The notes beneath the pieces are model-generated. The model was not told where the DNA came from, searched no databases, and saw nothing but the letters and a program-made list of their open reading frames with translations. A stretch of 55,779 nt of DNA, filler included, from Catajapyx aquilonaris (lineage: Eukaryota): NCBI GenBank assembly GCA_000934665.2. It is 3 parts of 3 records of this genome, joined end to end, with 100 filler letters (N's around TTAATTAATTAA, not from the genome) between each part and the next. Parts side by side here need not be neighbours in the genome. Positions count along the whole stretch, not along the records: positions 37,267 to 55,779 come from JYFJ02006675.1; 2 more parts are not named here. One strand, given 5' to 3'. Made by a program: the position numbers and the translations under genes. Below, piece by piece: positions 50,162 through 55,779 of this stretch; position 1 is the first letter of the stretch, and the number at the start of each line of letters is the position of its first letter.

Positions 50162-50584
50162 AATTGATGGTTGATTGATTCATGTAGGAATCAGCTAGGC
50201 AATATGGCTCCATAGAGCCTGTTGCCATCACACCATATAGCCTAGCCATGATTAATCAATGAAGGGAGCATTTATGAAGAGAGTATTACAGTATTTTGCA
50301 TCATACCATGAGGAGAGAATCATGCAGCTGTATGTGCCCATTCTCCATGAAACCATCCCAGAATATTATCTTGGAAACACATGGTAATCTGAAAATGTCC
50401 ATAATCCCTTCTGTGGCCATTTGAAAGAAAAATTATAATAATGTTATTATTATTTTCAAATCTGAAGGATGTCTTCCAGGATCGATTTTGCAGTGACTCA
50501 CAATAATTATTATGGGAAGTTGTTCTTAATAATATTAGATGAAAAAGTGAAACCCAGTTTTAAATGTCTGTTCTCTGAGTGGTG

Positions 50585-50985
50585 AAAGTCTGGGCTTGAA
50601 GTTGAGAATTTGCCATTTTTTTCATTTGAAATGGCTATGGACAGTGCTAGGAATCTGTCAGAATTTTAATTGTAATTTTATGGCAGTGGTAGGTGATGGC
50701 CAATTTTTAAAGTTGCATATTATTCACTTAAATTGATATTTAATTACTGTAAATAAATGCTGATTGCACAATGTCATGGGGTATTAATTAGAACCGGGAA
50801 TCCTGCTTTCGCGCATGTTAAATATCATTAAAAGGATTGTTTGTGACCAATTTGCTACACCTAAAATTGCCCATCATCTACCATTGTCATTTTTAAAAAT
50901 CTGCCAGATTTCTAGCACCTTATGTGGCCATTTCCAATGCAAAATGGAATTGCAAATTCTCTGCTTTCGAGCTCAGGTTTTCATT
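50585..50985. repeat. Degenerate long inverted repeat (old MITE)
   Basis: GAGAATTTGC/GCAAATTCTC, GTGCTAG/CTAGCAC and GATGGCCAATTTT/AAAATTGCCCATC occur in mirror order. Confidence 0.55.
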
Positions 50986-51559
50986 AGGCCCATATTATAG
51001 GCCATTATTTTGGGCACGTTACTGTCATTACTTCCAGCCTTAATAAACAATTTGGTAGCTCAAAAAAAAAAAAAAACGGTCACAATCTGCCATTGGTTGA
51101 AAAATAAAAATAAAAATAATCGAAGGTTTTTCGTGACTCTTGAAGCCTGGAAAAGCCTCTTTAAGCTGGAAAAATGGCAAAATTGAGAATTTGAAATACG
51201 TATTTATATGCAGTCACTGAATCGATACGGTAGGTCAACCCTTACTTTCCTTACTTTCCATGAATAACTTCCACTAAAAATTGTGGCAGTGTCAGGAAAA
51301 AACAATGGAAGGAATTTTAAAAATATCCTGGCAGCTATGCATCCCCCCGCACGCCCTTGCATTTTCCATTAATTACAGTATTTAAAATGATCGCATATCT
51401 CTATATCATCCCCCAAAACCCTAAAAGTGACGGCGGTACATTTATAGCTCATCATTGCCAAAAGTTGAGGCGATATGAGAGAGTACTGTATAAAAATGAG
51501 CGAGATTTCCACAGACAGTGATCACTAATCGTCACTTTTCTGAAATACAGTACTGCCAA

Positions 51560-52210
51560 TAGCGCGCAGTACCAAAGTTAATAAACGATTGTTGCCACGA
51601 CGCTACGTTTCTAGGTCACCCGTTTCTACCCAACTCAAAAGTACATTTACATTCAAGCCGCCGAATGAGCGGCAGGTTTTTTTTGAACCTCTCCCGTCCC
51701 ATACATTTCTAACCATGTCTAATCGAAAATCGAAATTTTTGTCTACTTCTGAACCGACACCAGGTAAATACGGCGGTGTCTTCACAATCCTGACCCAACT
51801 TCCCCTGCAGTCTGAAGCAGTGAAAGCCAAAGCTGGTAAGTGGACTCATATGATTAGTAGGGGTCGGGGAGGGACTGGAGGGGTATGTAGGATATTACAT
51901 GGAATCAACGGTTGAACGTGATGGCTCATGCGCGGGGGTATTGGATTAGCCAGACATGTGCTGGGCGCGGTTACACTGCATGGGCCGTGTGAAACCCCCT
52001 GACTAGACCGCTACCGACAACTGCAAAAAAATTATGTCAGTCAGTCGTCGGCTAGTGACCAGTGGAGGCGGGTGGGGTCTGGGCCATCGGGGCCTGTGAC
52101 GGGCGGGCGGGTGGACGGAAGGGAAGTTACTACGGGCGGATAATATCGGGTGAGATTGCCGCCGTTGCAGTCAATTTTGCCACATGCCTGCATTAGCCGC
52201 TGCGGTTAAT
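51560..52210. promoter_or_regulatory. CpG-rich region, candidate divergent promoter between NUDT22 (-) and a + strand gene
   Basis: Local CpG enrichment against CpG-poor flanks, GGGCGG boxes, and + strand donor-like sites AG|GTAAAT (about 51762) and TG|GTAAGT (about 51836). Confidence 0.3.
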
Positions 52211-52528
52211 TAAGATCAATTTGGGTACTATTGACATGGCCTTACTTAATGTTTCAAGGACGGTTCCAACTAGATGGGACCTTTCATGGTTCAGGTAATA
52301 GATTATGCACTATTTATGACGGGCGGACCAAGTTTCCAGAGAGGGGGAACTCTCTGATGCTTGGGAAGGGAGGGGGTTGCTGTAATTGGGGCAAAACGTC
52401 ACGCAACCATGGCCATGGAATTTCCAAGTCATGCAACCACCACTATTATATGATACACTTCCTATTGGAAAAGTTGGAAGGCAGGCCATCAAACTTTTGT
52501 TGACTTTGGTTTAGATGCAGCTAAGAAG

Positions 52529-52647
52529 ATGGCTGAAGAGGAATCTAAGACGTACTTCGACTGCAAACGTTTGAGCTCATCCACCTTGTCCCTTGACGAT
52601 CACTTCAATGCCGTTGTGAATAAGGCTTCCTACATGAAGGAACGAAG
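52529..52647 (+). CDS. Candidate first coding exon of an unidentified gene (MAEEESKTYFDCKRLSSSTLSLDDHFNAVVNKASYMKERR)
   Basis: Acceptor TTTAG at 52514, Kozak-like AAGATGG, open frame, donor AG|GTATGA; no family recognised. Confidence 0.4.
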
Positions 52648-52749
52648 GTATGAGACTCCACAATGATCATGAGTGTAGCATTTCGGTACTTTAACGTTTA
52701 CTGATACCCATTACGGATTTCTTCTGAAATATCCGTCTGTTTTGTTATA

Positions 52750-52853
52750 CAGGGTGTCCCAAAAACCTGGACATGTATTATTGTATTGTCGGTTGCCAAG
52801 TAGTCAACCAACAATACAATACAATTATGTGCCCAGATTTTTGGGTCACCCTG
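52750..52853. mobile_element. Short Tc1/mariner-type MITE
   Basis: TA|CAGGGTGTCCCAAAAA...TTTTTGGGTCACCCTG. Confidence 0.7.
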
Positions 52854-54632
52854 GAGTCAACCTCTCACTTTTCCAATTTCCATGGAGATGCCATCATGCA
52901 GCAAAAGGAGTAAGCAGTGTCAACAATAGAATAATTCCAGAAGTACATTATCAGATGACCATTGATGTGTGATGGCATCTCCATGAAATGATAGAATGGA
53001 GGGCTTTTCCAGAAAAAAATCTGTAGTTGGTATCAGAAAACGGAAAAGTAACAAAATTTCTTTTGTGTAGGTCAGACCTGGTAGCAGTAATTGGCTGCAT
53101 ATGTAAAGATCATTACAAAGTACTTCTGCCAGGAGCATGCAGTGAATGCAAGTTGCTGAGAGTGCAATTGTGGGGCCTGTTTCACATCCTCAACTAGTTA
53201 TCACTGTTTGGTTAGAATTGAGTAGCAGATTTGAGAATTCATGTATGTTATTAACTGAACAAGCTAGTAGAATTATGAAAATTGTGCTCATAGACCTGAA
53301 AGTTTCCCACATTCCTCCTCTCATGGGGTGCTGACATCACAACAACACTTTGAGGGTCATTTTTAGGCTGCAATTTTGTGCACTGCATTAAGCTACATTA
53401 TAATGAAACTATTTGCAATGGAAACCAATATAGTGAGACTATTATAATATTTTTTGGTCACTTTTCTAATGAGGTTAATTAATGCATATTCAATGTGAGT
53501 AGAATGGTAGCCTATTGTTTAATGACATTTTAATAAATGTTTACACTAACAGTAAGTTCTGACAGGACAGAACTGAAGAGGTTAATATTTCAGACATCCG
53601 CAATCTGTTTGGTATGATTGATTGGCCTTGAGTGATGCAAAATAACTGGCTATACTGCACCAAACGCAACTGACACGTAGGTTAATACATACACACATCA
53701 CTATCGAGATAGTTCCCAATATTACTTTGGATGAATTTGTCCAGGTGAACTGTAGTGCAGTGTAATTTCAGTGAATCAAGTGACATTGCCTACTCTGCCA
53801 CCTGCATCCACATATAGTTAGTTTAGTGAAAGAATGCCATGCTCTCTAACAATTAATGAGAAGGAAGAAGTCATCAGGGAACCTGCGAGTCATTCATTGT
53901 TGGCCTCCTGGAACGAATTAAGTTCGAAGTATGAAGCACCATTTAGATTGTTGTTGTCATCATTAGCCTTACTTAGATTTTGATATCGATTACCACTAGG
54001 TTCAGCTTAATCTGATTAATAGAAATTGATATGCTCTTGTATTGTTGTGCCCATATGCCTCTATTAAATGGTATGCACCTCTTTTAACTTGATGGTTTTA
54101 GGTCTAGGCTGCACCAAGTGTTTGTTTTTTCCATTGTAGAAAGCTTCTAAAAAATTTAAGCACCTATCACTCTTACTGTATTTCACTTGATGTCAAAACC
54201 AACCAGGTGTGATGTGGTGCCTACAGACAAGTTGATTATAGTTGGCAAAATTTGGGAGCCATTTCACTCCACTGACTTTGATACTGATCATGAAGCAGTC
54301 AGCAGCAATGGTTTCTTATGACCTTAAGCACCTTTCTATGACAGAAAACTCACCTAGTCTGGACAAGGCCTTTGTCCATGAGGGTGTGGACCTTGGTTTA
54401 ATGTATGTTTTGATTATAGTGTGTGCGATTTTTTCTTTCACTGTATGATTTGGTGTTGCTTGTTATCTCCCTGAAAAGATGTCTCAGATGCCAGTGACCT
54501 TCAAACTATGAAGGTCCTTACTCATGTCCACTTAAAGTAATCTCTTCTTCATACACACTTTGTGCTTTTGGAATTTAAAAGTGTACCAAAATAGAGAGAG
54601 ATTGATTCATTTGTAAACATATAATCAATATA

Positions 54633-55075
54633 CAGGGTGAAGGGAAACTCGCTCCCAATCACCAGGTAGACTGATAGTACTTGCAAAACTAATATAGGGA
54701 TGTGCAATTAGCGTTGGGTGCCGTGGCGTAGTTAATGCGTACGACGCCTCTAAAGTTTCATGACGTCACATCCGCTCTGCCAGTTTTAAAGAAGCAAAAG
54801 CCAGCTCGAGGGCCTACGAATAATCTGGCCTGGTCCCCTAACACATCGTCCATGTGCAATAGGCGATCAAATCCTGTCAGAGTAAGAATCCAGGTGCGAC
54901 ACCCGTTCACTTTGTCGTTTTTACCCCATATTGTACCATCTGGCCCTCTACACTTTAAAGTCGCCGTACGCATTAACTACGCACCGGCGTCCAAAACTTA
55001 TTGCACATCCCTATATTAGTTTTACGAGTACTATCAGTCTACCTGGCGATTGGGTGTGAGTTTCCCTTCACCCTG
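54633..55075. mobile_element. Tc1/mariner-type MITE with about 125-bp TIRs
   Basis: TA|CAGGGTGAAGGGAAACTC...GAGTTTCCCTTCACCCTG|TA. Confidence 0.9.
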
Positions 55076-55779
55076 TATATTCAAGTCTGGATTGGGGGTC
55101 AGCTTGGATCTCATGGCACAGTTAGCTGTCAGAATCAACACATCACATTTCCAGGGCTAAACATAATATTAGTATATCATGAAAGATAGTCCCAGAAATA
55201 TACAGTATGAAATTCCTGGTAGAGCTTGGTTTTGTGGACAAAAACAAGTGCCCTTCCAGTTATATTTTAAACTGAACTGATTGTCAGATATTCCCTTACA
55301 GCCATAATCCATGTGACCTTGATGAGTGGATAGTGTGGGGAGGAGCCAACAAGAAGACTCCATACATCGTGTTCCACAGCTGTTCCCTGTTCTACGCCCC
55401 TGCCTGCCCAGTTGCAGAAAAGTACAATCTCACCTTTAAGATCATTCAGGGGGAGTGCAAGCTCATTACCACTCTCCTTCAAGCTCATGGATTTAGAGAG
55501 GTAGGCTGACTGGTCAGATCAGCTTAAATGTCTGTTAACCATTGCTAGGACAGTAAGTAGTGGCATCCCCAATTCTTTTACACATTATTCTGAGGCTCAA
55601 AGGAGGCAAAGAGATCTTGTTGGACAGCGCGATATTCCTTCAAATACATCTGCCCAGACATTTGTTGCAACCTTGGAGTAGGTACAGTGCTGGACACAAT
55701 AGCATATAACAAGTGTAAACAACGACTTTGGCGTTACCTGGCAACTGGTCGTGTTCGGACATCGTCATGTGGAGAGTGC

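Noticed and set aside
1..55779. CRISPR arrays, rRNA or prokaryotic operons
   Set aside because: No repeat-spacer arrays or rRNA seen; genes have spliceosomal introns.

Overview
Eukaryotic genomic DNA, almost certainly arthropod, with spliceosomal introns, dense transposon content and two 100-nt scaffold gaps containing a TTAATTAATTAA spacer. In order, the window holds: (1) a chemosensory cluster of one intact 4-exon gustatory receptor and two intronless divergent ionotropic receptors, one broken only by three in-frame stops and the other by one stop plus one frameshift; (2) an unusual LTR retroelement fragment (protease relic, PPT, LTR, tRNA-Leu PBS, G3BP-like RRM) and a P-element/THAP9 transposase relic with a related MITE; (3) a Helitron-like element with nested insertions; (4) a Gypsy-type gag followed by a C2H2 zinc finger ORF where pol would be expected; (5) two tandem 7-exon THEG-repeat genes; (6) a tandem array of three intact 3-exon Lcp/MpaB (DUF2236) heme-oxygenase-like genes plus three relic fragments; (7) a 2-exon NUDT22; and many SINEs and palindromic MITEs. 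The strongest leads are the diversifying Lcp-like oxygenase array, the possible readthrough IR and the RRM-carrying LTR element. All family assignments come from motif recognition by eye; no searches were run.
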